64,000 bases of DNA from Eledone cirrhosa (taxonomy: Eukaryota): NCBI GenBank assembly GCA_964016885.1, contig OZ024745.1, forward strand, positions 108,500,001-108,564,000, written 5' to 3'. This document shows, in pieces, positions 12,355 to 25,380 of this stretch. The position numbers and the translations under genes were made by a program. The notes beneath the pieces were generated by a model. It made no database searches. It saw only the letters and a list, made by a program, of their open reading frames with translations, and was not told where the DNA came from. Within the stretch, counting starts at the first letter, position 1. Every line of letters begins with the position of its first letter.

Positions 12355-12391
<37 letters not shown>

Positions 12392-12680
12392 TGTTATACT
12401 TGGGGAGGGTCATATTTGTGTAATATTGCCAGAATTAATAACAGAACACACTCACTGTTTGGTTCGTTTTCGCTTCTCGCTGTCTTTTATATCGGTAATC
12501 TAACTTACTCGGTCCTCAATGTTGCCATTGACTGACCGACGGTCAAAAATAATACAGTGAGTGTGTTCTGTTATTAATTCTGGCAATATTACACAAATAT
12601 GACCCTCCCCAAGTATAACAATATTTGTTTCGACACACGATTTCATATAAAAAACCTCGCAAAACTAATTCATCGCCGCT
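12392..12680. mobile_element. Neptune-like Penelope terminal-repeat remnant with 67-bp inverted arms (12392-12458 / 12554-12620)
   Basis: Near-identical to 40623-40770, the end of the minus-strand Penelope element; flanked by (TA)n. Confidence 0.8.
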
Positions 12681-13044
12681 ATATATATACTTACTTATTT
12701 CTAATCTGAAAATGAACTTTATCTGAATTTGGTGAGTTGAGTTTATTTATCTATTTATATATATTTATATATTTTGATAAATATATCCTTAGATCCAAGT
12801 AAGAAGTCTTTACTTAAATGAAGAATATTGGTAACAAGAACAACAATATTATTAATAATAAAGATACTAATCTTTTTGTTTATTTTCTTTTTTAAGAACA
12901 TCAACCACAGCAGCAACAGCAACAATAATAATTTCTAACATATGCACAAGGCTAGACATTTAGGGGAAGGGATTAGTCAATCATATTAAATACCACAAGG
13001 CATTTTGTTCAATGCTCTAATGGTTCTGCCAATTCACTTCCATA

Positions 13045-13530
13045 ATAATTGTTTCTACTTTTGGCACAAGGCCAGCAATTATCCAGCGCATTACTGGTAC
13101 TTTATTTTATCGACCCCGTAAGGATAAAAGGCAAAGTTAACCTCGGCGGGATTTGAACTCAGATCATAAAGGGCCGTAACTCTATGCTGTGAATCATGGT
13201 GTCCGACTCTCTACTGATACTGCCAATCCACCATAATAATTGTTTCTATTTTTGGCACAAGGCCAGCAATTACCCAGTGCATTACTGGTACTTTATTTTA
13301 TCGACCCCGTAATGGTTTCTTATATAGGCACAAGGCCAGTAATTTTGGGGGAGGGGAAAGTCGATTAAATCAACCCCAGTGCGTGACTGGTACTTTATTT
13401 ATCGACCCCGTAAAGATAAAAGGCAAAGTTAACCTTGGCGGGATTTGAACTCAGATCATAAAGGGCCGTAACTCTATGCTGTGAATCATGGTGTCTGACT
13501 CTCTACTAATACTACCAATCCACCGCCCTT
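13045..13530 (-). mobile_element. Tandem cluster of SINE family B
   Basis: Two full and one partial head-to-tail copies. Confidence 0.8.
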
Positions 13531-14647
13531 TGATATAATAACAATAATGATAATAAATAGTTATAATAGCAATATAAAAAATAGACAAGTGTACAAGAAA
13601 AAGTTCCCCAGTAGGCGGGGAAAAATCCCTGAAGTAATTTTAGGAAAAAAGCTCCATAAAATCGCCAGAGTATTCTGGTGTCTCAAGAGCAGTAAAAGTG
13701 TTCCCTTCTAGTTTATTTCTTCTATATTAGAAAAGCATAGTTAGACCAGGCCTTTACAACTTAGTCAATCTTGCCATTCTCACTCATCTTTCATTAAACA
13801 CACAAGTCAACATTTTGCTGTCTATCCTCAACTTCCTATTCAAAGTTGTACTTGAAGTTGATGATGGCTTGGCCAGAGATGAAAATCTACGTCCTCAAAC
13901 TCAGTGGCTATGGTGAAAGATGCTTTTACAATTACTATTAGGTTGCGGAAGACTTCTCTGCCAAGTGGCAATTAGATATTTTCACTATAGACACTGCAGA
14001 TTGCAGGATCTGTTCTAAATATGATAACTGCTGTTTGACATAACCCCACAAGTCTACAATGCATGGACACTGAGCAATATCATGTAGGATGTTTTCATAG
14101 CTCTGCCTGCATCTCAGAAAGATTAGATTTTGGTACCTTCTGTCTTCTACCACCCATTCTAATAATCTCTCCTTCACATTCACATCAATGCTTCCAATTC
14201 TTTCACCAGTCTGGCCATTACTCTCTTCCTTCCTTATCACAGACTCTAGCTTGTATTCAAAGAACTGAGATTGTGTAGAATATATAGAACTTCTTAGCTT
14301 TACAGGGGACTTGGTAACTTCTCTAGTATTGTGGCCAGGATAAATGCACCCTGTACACTGTGTAAAGTAGATGGTGATCAAATGGAGATGTGTAGGTTAA
14401 AGATGACTCTTTAGTAATGCAGAGGACATGATGTTAACTATAGTGCTGGTACCACTATAAAATGTATCCAGTACACTCTGAAAATGGTTGGTTTAGGAAG
14501 AGCACCAACTAGTAATTATGCAAAACAAGGAACATACAAGCTAGATATGGTTTGTAAACCTATATAGGAGAGCAGTAATGCTACACAACAACTTACTTGA
14601 ACTGTAACAATTATCCAACACATGTGAGCAGCCAATCATAATAATAA

Positions 14648-15310
14648 TAATTGTTTCTACTTTAGGCACAAGGCCAGCAATTACCCAGTATATTACTGGT
14701 ACTTTAAATCATAATAATAATAATGATATTAATAATTGTTTCTACTTTTGGTACAAGGCCAGCAATTACCAGTATATTACTGGTACTTTATTTTATCGAC
14801 CCCCGTAAGGATGAAAGGCAAAGTTAACCTCAGCGGGATTTGAACTCAGAATGACAAGGGCCGTAACTCTATGCGTCAAAGCATGGCGTCCGACTCCTCT
14901 ACCAATGCACCACCCTAATAATAATAATAATGTTTCTACGTTTGGTACAAGGCCAGCAATTACCCCAGTACATTACTGGTGCTTTATTTTATCGACCCCG
15001 TAAGGATGAAAGGCAAAGTTAACCTGGTGGGTTTTGAACTCAGAATGTAAAGGGCCATAACTTCTATGCTGCAAAGCATGGTGTCTGACGCTCTACCGAT
15101 TTGTTTCTACTCTAGGCACAAGGCCAGCAATTTGAAGGGGGTGGAGAAAGTCGATTAAATTGACCCCAGTGCATTACTGGTGTTTTAGTTTATTGAGCTC
15201 GTAAGGATGAAAGGCATAGCTAACCTCAGTGGGGTTTGAACTCAGGATTTAAAGGGCCATAACTCTATGCTAAAAAGCATATTGTCCGACACTCTACCAA
15301 TACCGCCAAC
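14648..15310 (-). mobile_element. Tandem cluster of SINE family B
   Basis: One partial and three near-full copies separated by (AAT)n. Confidence 0.8.
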
Positions 15311-15483
15311 AATAATAAATTGTTCTTTTATTTACTGGTCTTAGAGGGCCAATGAAGGCTATGGACACTATCCTGTCATTCATATCTACCAAGCTAAAAA
15401 ATATAAACAGTGTACAATACAAAGATGGTTAGCAAAACATTGGGTTTCTTTTTAACATTAAGTGATAGACACAAAAGGCTGGG

Positions 15484-15493
15484 GAGAGAGAGA

Positions 15494-15567
<74 letters not shown>
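15484..15567. repeat. (GA)n microsatellite
   Basis: Direct reading. Confidence 0.95.
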
Positions 15568-15571
<4 letters not shown>

Positions 15572-16107
15572 TCCTCATAAATGAGATGAAAAGAAAAAAA
15601 AAATAGATAAATATATAAAAATATATAATGTAAATAAATAGAATATATAAGTTGAAATTATAAAAGCAGTGAGCATTAAATTGTTGACAAGATGATAAGG
15701 GATAATAAAAATAAAAATAGAGAGATTTAAAAGTTATAAAAATATATAATAAAAATGAAATAGATTAGAAGAAGAAGATTTTTAGATCATGTTTTTTGTG
15801 TAATGTTAGCCTGTGAAGATTTTATCTATTTATCCACTTTCTTCCTTTTACCGTTTCTTTTCTCTAATTTGCTTACACATATTTTCTGATATGTGTGAGT
15901 GAGTGTATATGTGTGGGTGTGTATGTGTGTGTGTGGTTGTGTATGTGCATTTTCTTGTCTGATTATATATCTATGGATGTAGTCAGCATTTTCTATAAGT
16001 CAAAGTAAGTCCTAGAGCTACAAAAAATGATCTACAGCACCACCCTTTTCTGCCATTCCAGTTTCAGTTAGAAAATCTTTGCAGGAATTATGATGCAATA
16101 TATCTGC

Positions 16108-16141
<34 letters not shown>

Positions 16142-16212
16142 ATGTGTGTGTATGTGTGTATGTGTGTGTGTCTCTCTCTCTCATATATATTCATATATGT
16201 ACATATATAAAT

Positions 16213-16563
16213 GGAGGCACATGGCTTAGTGGTTAGAGCATTGGCCTTGCAATCGAAAGGTTGTGAGTTCAATTCTCAGACCGGGTGATGTGTTGTTTCC
16301 TTGAGCAAGACACTTTATTTCACATTGCTCCAGTTTACTCAGCTGTAGAAATGAGATGATAGGGACTGGGGTCCCTATCATTCCACTGACTGCAAAGTGG
16401 TCGTGGAGGTGCCACGGCAAAAAAAGCACCCAGCACTCACTGTAAATGAGGTTGGTGTTAGGAAGGGCATCCAGCTGTAGAAATCAAGCCAGAATCAGTT
16501 CCCGTCCCACCCTTGCAAGCAGGGAAAAGCGGACGTAAAATGAAATGATGATGATGATGATGA
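16213..16563 (+). mobile_element. SINE family A
   Basis: Full-length unit with (ATG)n tail. Confidence 0.9.
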
Positions 16564-17283
16564 TATGTATACATATATGTTTATACTTATATATGATATA
16601 TACACACACATATTTACATTATATATATATATATATACTCACAGGCATATATATATTTATACATACCCACACGCATCTGTGTGTGTATGTGTAAATGTAT
16701 ACGCGATAAAATGCTTCAAATATTCTTTGTAAAGAGTTTGACGTTAGGTAGGGCATCCAGCCATAGAAAACAAAGGGTTGAGAGGACTCTTTAGTTGTGT
16801 CAAGGACAAGACAACCTCTGTAGTTGTGATGACTGGATAAAAGACACCCTAATTACTAAAGTGGATGGTGATAGAGAGTCTAACTGTAGAAATGATGCAA
16901 CAGCCAGAATATATGTCAGGCTGGTTCGTCTTTTTTCTCTCTCTCGTCTACGATTTCACAGAACTTATGTTCACCGAATTCACAGACTAGATTCCTTCTT
17001 CCTCCCGTTAGACCTGTACGGAATTCCTTCCTTGCTCACATTCCAACCAGGTTTGATGGTCTTTATTCTCTCTCGTTCACGATTTCACCGAACTTATATT
17101 CATGGAAATTTGGGACTTTTCGTTGCTTCACCATCTTTGTTTGTTTACACTCTCGCTGTTCCCTTTATTTACGTGTCCCAACGACTTTTTTTAGCCATTG
17201 CTCGCACCAACCGGAGGTATATGGTCTTTAAAGCGAAGAAATACCGATGATGGTTGGAAGATCACTGATGAAGGACCACTTTA

Positions 17284-17343
<60 letters not shown>

Positions 17344-17869
17344 AAGTAGAGGATTGACTGCGAGCTCATGTGGTTTTGGCTACTTACCTCAATCTAGCCT
17401 TTGTTAGGAAAGCATCTCAAATTTAAGGGAAATGAGAAGAGGTAAGAGAGGTAGAGAGGAAGAAGGAAGGGAAAATAAAAAGGATGGTGAGAAAGTGAAG
17501 AAGTAAAAAGAGAAAAAACAAGAATTTAAAAGAAAAAGCAAAGTGACTAAAAGCACTATCCAGTTGTCCAGCCCTTAGAGACACCCAACTGCTGAACGAA
17601 CAAGGCATGTATGGTAATGTTGTATATATATATATGATTTAATAAACAACCCCAGTCATGTATCAATCATGCTATATCAGAGAATTACCTCCTTTCATTA
17701 ATTAGAGCCTGTCAGCTTTTGATGTGTATGCAAATGAGCTTTGTCAGTCGATGTTCATAAGCATAAAACCTATAAGGTTTTAGTTTATTTTCATATTAGC
17801 ATCCAAGAAGAGCAACAGTTAATGAACCAGAAAAGTGTTTGTTCCATTGACAGACATGAAAACAAAACC

Positions 17870-18080
17870 TAAAATTGAAAAGCTTCAGAATAAACTTAGC
17901 AAAGACCAAAGTTCTAGTGAGAAGGAAAGAAGACAGGATGCTGCTGCCATCAGATTGTCACGCTCAATTTGCAGAAAAGTGGTAAGTAGAAACTCCATAC
18001 AGTACATCCAGTGTAAACTTTGGTTGCAGAATAGATGTAACAGGATAACAGGCAAGCTAACAGAAAAGAAATCTTGTTCA
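17870..18080 (+). mobile_element. Degenerate RTE-like LINE fragment (Cys-rich post-RT segment)
   Basis: SICRKVVSRNSIQYIQCKLWLQNRCNRITGKL parallels CSACRKGVGRNSI....CNLWVHK.CSEISGSL at ~62420-62525. Confidence 0.55.
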
Positions 18081-19904
18081 AGTTCACACTGAGGAACTTG
18101 GAATATCTAGGTGATATATAACAGACAATTGGAACTGCTTGACATGTGAGATCTTCACACCCCTCATAAATCCATTACTCCTGCAACAAATCAACCACCC
18201 ATTAACATTAATGTTTCTTAGAAAACGTCTAGGCATTTGAAATAGTCTGGCTCTCCAACTCCTGTTGGAGCATAAACAATCACCAATCTGAAAATAATTA
18301 AGACCTCCACGTTTTGTCAAACTACCATCCAGGTCTAGAATAATTATGTTTACTTCTAAATCCAGGCCTTCCCAAAAGAGCACTGCTACACCACTTGGTC
18401 CAAGCAGGTCAAATAAGAGGTAAACCATATAGTTGGTAGAAGGAGGATGTACAAGTGAGTCTTAGAAATCCAGGTCTCACAGGGGGCTACTACACCTAGA
18501 TTTAATCAGCTGAGATCATGCACCTGATTCTATGCCGCCCCCAAACCATCTGAATTTATACGCCTACTTATCCCATTTTATTTGTTGTTAATCTGAAGCT
18601 TTAGGACAATTTGTCCAGGGAATGCTCAATGTTCCTTACTCTCTAGTATTGGCACCTTGGAATTTTTTGTAAAATACTCAACACCTGAGAACATTTTCAA
18701 GAGTTCTAAATCAACTCCTGGTATTGTCTGTATTAGAAATTTGTTGCTGTCTCTAGGATAAATTCAGACCAGCCAACTTCTAAAAAGCCAAACGGGGCAA
18801 TACCATGAAAAAAAAGTGCTCCAAAAAGGGGAGAAATGAAGCAAAATAGGAAGATTTTACATAATTGTTTCGACTTTAGGCACATGGCCAGCAATTACCC
18901 AGTGTATTACTGGTACTTTATTTTATCGACCCCGTAAGGTCAACATAATGAAAGCTATACCCATTTTCACAAGAGAAGAGATCTCTCACTCACCCTAAAG
19001 TGGGTGGAAGATTTTCCTGCTGGACAGAGAGAGTTGACAGGTCTAGGAATTCATCTGTTGGTAAGCCTATGAGTTTCTGGATGTATTCCATTAATTCACT
19101 GCTGTTCTTCTCTGAGCAACAGTGAATTTGTGGATTTCTAACACAGGCACAATGTCACAAATTGAGGTTGTTGTAAATAATTGATTATATTGATTATGGT
19201 TTGTGACTGGTACTTCATTTTAATCATGATATGATATTTAACACATGACTAATTACTGCTGTTCCCATCAATACAGCCACTATCACCACCACCACCACCA
19301 CCACCACTACCTACTACTACTAGTGATAATACAAATAATACTACCTCCACCACCACAACTATCATCCATACCACCCCCACCACTACTACTACTACTATTA
19401 TTAAACACTTGTCTTTGCTACTACCACCAACACTAATATTCAAACTACTACCACAACCATCATCCCCACCACCACCAACACCACCATCACTACAACAACA
19501 ACTACTACTACTACCATAAACTGCATATCTTGACAGAAACTCACATGCCTAATCCTGTTTTGCTATCAAATAAATGTATCTAAATCCTCGGCATGCTGCA
19601 TTACATAGCGTGCAGATAATGTTTATTAATCAAAACCAACTAAATAGCCAGCGCAATGCACTGCAATGTTAACATGCACAGATTACTGCACATAGACATG
19701 TCTGAGAAACTATTTTCAAAACCTCTGATGTAGTTAGTGTAAAGAGGAATTTCAAGTGCCTATCAGGTTTGGTGAACTAATTCTTTTTCTTTTTTTTGGA
19801 GGGATATGAAGATATGTATAGAGATAGGTAGAGCAGTGCAGAAATTATTAGAATTGCGAAGATTTGTGCAGATATCTAGAGAACTGTGTAGAGATATGAA
19901 TATA

Positions 19905-20430
19905 ATTGAGTTGTATAGGTACTTCTGTAGAGAGCTGTGTAGAGATAGATGTGTACAGCTGTGTAGAGCAGTGTAGAGATTTGTAGAGCTGTGTAGAGCT
20001 GTGTAGAGCTGTGTAGAGCTGTGTAGAGATTTATGCAACTGTGTAGAGTAGTGTAGAGCAGTGTAGATATTTGTAGAGCTGTGTAGAGATTTATGCAACT
20101 GTGTAGACTTGTGTAGAGCTGTGTAAAGATTTGTACAGCTGTGTAGAGTTATGTAGAGCTGTGTCAAGATTTTTTAGCTGCATAGCGTTATGTAGAGCTG
20201 TGTAAAGATTTGTACAGCTGTGTAGAGTTATGTAGAGCTGTGTAAAGATGTATACAGCTGTGTAAGAATTTGTAGAGTTGTGTAGATTTGTGTGGAAGTG
20301 TATAGAATTGTGTAGGGATAGTTGTGTGGAGATGTGTAGAGAAGTATATCCGTGTAGAAACTTGTAGAGCAGTGTTGAAATCTATATAATTGTGTTGAAA
20401 TGTGTAGTAGAGATATGTAGATATCAAGAG
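19905..20430. repeat. Degenerate 10-bp minisatellite (GTGTAGAGCT)n
   Basis: gtgtagagct/gtgtagagat/ttgtagagct units in 10-bp phase. Confidence 0.9.
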
Positions 20431-20493
20431 ATTTGTATATATATATATATATATATATGTTTTATGTAGGACTGTAGGGCAGTTTAAAGATGT

Positions 20494-20760
20494 GAAGGCA
20501 CATGACCTACTGGTTATGGTGCCAGATCATAATGTATGTTCGATACTTGGACATGTTGTGTTCTTGGGCAAAACACTTTATTTCACATTGCTGCAGAATA
20601 TTCAGCTGAAAATGGGTACCAGCAATAGCTGGAGGTTTAATCTTGTGATGGACTGGCATCCCATTTAGAAAATGGGAGTCTAGTACTCTCAATTCCTTAG
20701 CACTGAGGAAACTAGGATAGGCACTAGCCTAATGAGCCTCTGGCCCTGGGAGAGATTTTA
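20494..20760 (+). mobile_element. Older tRNA-derived SINE sharing the head/core with family A
   Basis: gaaggcacatgacctactggtta...gttcgat...cttgggcaaaacactttatttcacattgct; related copy at 33407-33695. Confidence 0.55.
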
Positions 20761-21276
20761 GACTTTTTTTTAGATAGTTGTATAGATTTGTAGAAATGTG
20801 CAGAGTTGTGTAAACATGTATATTGTTATGTAGATTTACATCAGGATGTACATAAGTGTGTAGTAATATTGCTGTGTAGATGTGTGTAGATATGTAGAGA
20901 TAAGTAAAGCGCCGTAGATTTATGTAAACATGCATAGGGTTTTATAGAGATGTTGCAATAGCTGAGGAATAGAAAAAAATATTATGAATGATTTCTATGC
21001 AAAATAAAATACTGCCATTTTGTGACATTTAGTTTGAATGCAAGTTAGTTAAATATTAATTATATGATCCAGCTTTATTCAAAACACTCTGGTTTATATG
21101 AAAAAGGAAGTCAGTTACACAAAAAAGAAACGTATTAGAAATATGTTCATATACAATTTCTTCTAGAATATTGGTGATTATATTTTATGGTACAAACTAT
21201 ATTCAAATGTTGACCATGTAAAGAAATATGTTCACATATACAGGTACATAGCAACAACATTTCTTCCAGATATGTG

Positions 21277-21278
<2 letters not shown>

Positions 21279-21308
<30 letters not shown>

Positions 21309-21372
21309 TGTATGTATGTATGTATGTATGTATGTATGTATGTATGTATGTATGTATGTATGTATGTATGTA
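21279..21372. repeat. (ATGT)n microsatellite
   Basis: Direct reading. Confidence 0.95.
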
Positions 21373-22589
21373 TCATTATGTATATATATATAATCATCAT
21401 CATCATCCTTGTTTAACGTCCATATATATATATATATACATGTATGATTATGATAGTAATACAAAATATATTTATATATATTTTGTTTTTATATTTTATT
21501 CATATTCCATACATTTGTCAATGTTAGCATCATTGGATATTTTTGATCAAATAAGGTTCCAGCTGGCTAATCTCTGATTCACTACATTTTCAATGGAAAA
21601 AGAATAAAAAAGAAAATGGAAACGAAATTTACTGCTCACACTTATGTAGGTTTAGCTGGACTCCTACAAGGTTGCATGTCATAAGAGGTTTCACAAGTGT
21701 TTTAATGATAGGGGCCCCAGTTCTATTTAAAAAAAACAATCTGAAATGAACTCAGAACCTTATGACAGTAAGCCCAACACCTTAACCACTAGGCCACTTT
21801 GCAAGTGTACCAAGAAATATTTGTGAAATAAGCATTTGAAAATCTGTGTCATATCAGCTTATTGTAGCTTCAGAAAGTTTGTTCCATATTTTGATAGAAA
21901 AGTGAATAAAACTTGTCCAAAATCTAGATTTGGGGATCAGTTGTGGAAAATGCATGCTTCAGCATAAATGGAATATACTAGATCTTGTAAAACATGCATT
22001 AATTAGTGACAGACCTAAGTGTTGATTTGAAGAGGGTGACTTTGATAGCACAATAAACCTATAAAAATTGTATGAAAACCTGGAGAGAAACTTAAATGTC
22101 ACAGTAATAGTTCCTAATTTCTCAACAGGGAATCACAGAATTGAAACTTGTAGATCTCACTAAACCATCACCATGATAATAATTGTTTCTACATTTGGCA
22201 CAAGGCCAGCAATTATCCAGTGCATTACTGGTACTTTATTTTATCGACCCCGTAAGGATGAAAGGCAAAGTCGACCTTGGCAGGATTTGAACTCAGATCA
22301 TAAAGGGACATAAATGATAATAATAACAGATGAATAGGCATGAAAGGCATATATATATAATCATCGTCATCACTCTTTAATGTTTATTTTCCATGCTTGT
22401 AAGGGTTAGATTGGTTGTCATATGCTGAGTCACCAGTCAGGTGACTACATCCTGCTCATCTGGTCCATTTTAGTTTGCTTTCATTATCAGGATGCTTTTC
22501 CTAATGCCAATCACTTTATAGTGTGGCCTGGAAGCATTTTATTGTGACTCCAGCATTAATTCTTCACAACACTGTATATGTATGGATAT

Positions 22590-22965
22590 ATCATCATCAT
22601 CATCATCATCAACGTTTAACGTCCGTGTTCCACGCTTGCATGGGTTTGGACGGGGGTAGTCCCACTTGAGGCAAGAGTGATTGTCTTGCTCGCATAGGAC
22701 TGTCTGGCAGGTTTTCTACAGTTGGATGCCCTTCCTAACACCAACCACATTTACAGTGTGGGTCTGGGAGGTTTTTACCGTGTTGCCTACACGGCCACAT
22801 TACAGCGTGGACTGTGTGTTTTTTTGTCGTGACACCTACACGATCTCATTTGTTTCGGCCTCGATGGCGCGGCACCAACATAACTTTACATAGAACGGGG
22901 TGGTGTGGATCGGGTGGGGGTGGTGGTGGTGGGACGGGGTGTATTTTGTTAGAGATGCCTACTGG
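22590..22965 (-). mobile_element. Retroposon 3' segment with RTE-like tail
   Basis: Reverse complement of 29293-29650; ends gcaagcgtggaa.acggacgttaaacg(atg)n. Confidence 0.7.
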
Positions 22966-22989
22966 CTGGAGTAGGTTTTACTATATATT

Positions 22990-23108
22990 TAGGTAAGGCG
23001 GGTCTTCTCTGTTACTGAGTACCGCCAAAGGTCTCGGTCCAGTGACATTGTCTTGGAGAGGTGTAAGTGTGTGATGTCGGAGTTTATCAGCTCGTCCCAG
23101 GTTTTTCC
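22990..23108 (-). mobile_element. RTE-type LINE ORF C-terminus fragment
   Basis: GKTWDELINSDITHLHLSKTMSLDRDLWRYSV matches the KTW....D......DR..WR terminus; compare 63075-63160. Confidence 0.65.
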
Positions 23109-23119
23109 ATATATATATA

Positions 23120-23192
<73 letters not shown>

Positions 23193-23844
23193 CAGGTGAT
23201 TCAAGCACTATATATTTTTTTGTCACATCGCCAGTCTGAATAGCAGATTGATTATGGAGTCAGGTCAGTAAGTCCTATGGGTGACCTTCAGCCAATCCTC
23301 TGCGAAAGACACATAACAGGTCAATACACAATAAATATCTTATGCATGTAAATGAAACTTCCTTGTTTTTTCTAATATATATATCGATAGTTAATCAACA
23401 AGATCTCATATCTCATTCACTTAATGAGTGGGGTAGAGTTCGTCAAATCGGACGTAGGAAACAATGTTTCCATTGGTCTTTCCAATTGCTAATACTAACT
23501 GTCGGTCACAACTCCAGGCAGAATGAGCAACGTGAAATAAAGTGTCTTGCTCAAGGACATAACGCATCGCCTGATCTGGGAATCAAAATCACAACCTCAC
23601 AATTGCGAATCCAATTCTCTAACCACTCAGCCACGTGCCATCACTATATATATATATATATGTGGTTGGTGTTAGGAAGGGCATCCAGCTGTAGAAAACC
23701 CGCCAGACAGTCCTATGCGAGCAAGACAATCACTCTTGCCTCAAGTGGGAAAACCCCCGTCCAAACCCATGCAAGCGTGGAACACGGACGTTAAACGTTG
23801 ATGATGATGATGATGATGATATATATATATATAGTTTTAATATA

Positions 23845-23899
23845 GATGAGATTCTACAGGACTAGAACTGTTTCATTCTTTAGAAATCATCAGGAATCT
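23845..23899 (-). ncRNA. Type I hammerhead ribozyme (family 2, copy 1)
   Basis: Minus strand AGATTC-CTGATGA-TTTCTAAAGAAT-GAAA-CAG TTCTAGTC CTG-TA-GAATCT. Confidence 0.75.
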
Positions 23900-24072
23900 G
23901 GGTATCAAAAAATAAATATGGTATTTATAGTCCTCTTCAGGTGGTAGGAGAGGGTAGGGAGTGGAGTGGGTAGAGGTCATTGGTTGATAGAAAAGGGAAT
24001 TCATTAAAAGCTAATTCTTTAAAGCTATAATTTATATTTAGAGTAACAAAGGCAGAAAGAATTCTATAAACA

Positions 24073-24116
<44 letters not shown>

Positions 24117-24194
24117 GTTATTCCGGGTTGAGTCGGAGGTAACCAAGTAAGTAAGGTACTCAATACATTGCAGAGTATAAAAGTTTTAATATAG

Positions 24195-24247
24195 ATGAGA
24201 TTCTACAGGACTAGAACTGTTTCATTCTTTAGAAATCATCAGGAATC
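24195..24247 (-). ncRNA. Type I hammerhead ribozyme (family 2, copy 2)
   Basis: Identical core to 23845-23899; left arm of a perfect 59-bp inverted repeat. Confidence 0.75.
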
Positions 24248-24304
24248 ATGAGATTCCTGATGATTTCTAAAGAATGAAACAGTTCTAGTCCTGTAGAATC
24301 TCAT
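24248..24304 (+). ncRNA. Type I hammerhead ribozyme (family 2, copy 3)
   Basis: Stem I ATGAGATTC/GAATCTCAT (9 bp), core CTGATGA 24257-24263, stem II TTC/GAA, GAAA 24276-24279, stem III ACAG/CTGT, GUA triplet with predicted cut after 24295. Confidence 0.8.
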
Positions 24305-24336
24305 CTATATATATATAGAGAGAGAGAGAGAGAATA

Positions 24337-24420
24337 GACTCCCTGATGACGTAATGAATTCTCGATAGTTACATTGCGTAACTATATTTATCCCATTACA
24401 GAAACTAATTAGTTAGAGTG
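24337..24420 (+). ncRNA. Hammerhead-like motif with extended stem II (imperfect)
   Basis: CTGATGA 24343-24349; GTAATG/CATTAC stem capped by ATAGTTAC/GTAACTAT hairpin; GAAA 24401-24404; palindromic AACTAATTAGTT; stem I ACTC/GAGT slightly out of register. Confidence 0.45.
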
Positions 24421-25380
24421 AACATTTTAGTAAGTAAGTTAATTTTTAATTTTTAAAATTTTCTTATTTTACGTCTTTTATATATATATATATATATATA
24501 TGGCATTAGGAAGGGCATCCAGCCATAGTAAACCAACCAGAAACACTCCTATATGAGCGAGACACGGTCAACCAACCCAACTTGCCTCTAAATGGGACCC
24601 GTCTAACCCATTCTAGTGTGGAAGATGGACATTAAACGATGATGATGATATAAAGGCTTTAAGTTAGATGTATTTATACCATAGGAAACTGATTTTTAAG
24701 TAAAAGATCGTATTGAAGAGTTAATATATATGATGTGGCTTATGGTGTATATAATGAGTCGACTAAAGCAGGCTATATAATATGTTGTATGTGTGTATAC
24801 AAAATGTATGTATAATTGGCATTTTAGGAGGAGAGAGGGAACTGGGTAGAGTATTTTTTAGTACAAAAAGTATATTAGAGATGCGTGTGTCCATGCACAA
24901 TCATGCGCACTGAACACGTTCTTTCAAATGCAAGCACTGATGAAGAAGATGATGTCAAAAATGTTGACAATCAATGTTGTTATGCTGGTGGTGGTGGTGG
25001 TGGAGATGGTAATGTCGATGTTGGTGATAGTAATTGTAATATATGTGATAGTGGTATAGATGGTGTTATTGGTGATGATATCAGTAATAAACTGTCTGGC
25101 AGTCAGACATCAAAGTCTACATGGGTTGAACAGAAACCAACCGAGGTAAGTTAAGGGTATCAATTTAACTCCACTTCTTAGTGCCAGCTATCAAGGTTAT
25201 GATGACATAATGATATATAAAATGTCTTTAGCAACAAGGTCATGATGACATAATAATATATGGAATGTTTTAGGCAACAAAGTTGTGATGACATGATAAT
25301 ATAAAGAATATCTTGATTAACAAGGTCATAATATGATAATATAAGGTAAATATATGCCTTGGGAAAGAAGGTCATAATGT

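Noticed and set aside
13938-14381. 147-aa minus-strand ORF
   Set aside because: No diagnostic motif recognised; possibly decayed LINE sequence but cannot be supported
17255-17290. CTGATGA as a possible hammerhead core
   Set aside because: No GAAA or stems II/III before the (TA)n tract; at most a truncated remnant
19763-20427. His/Ser/Thr/Leu-rich repeat proteins
   Set aside because: Translation of the 10-bp minisatellite
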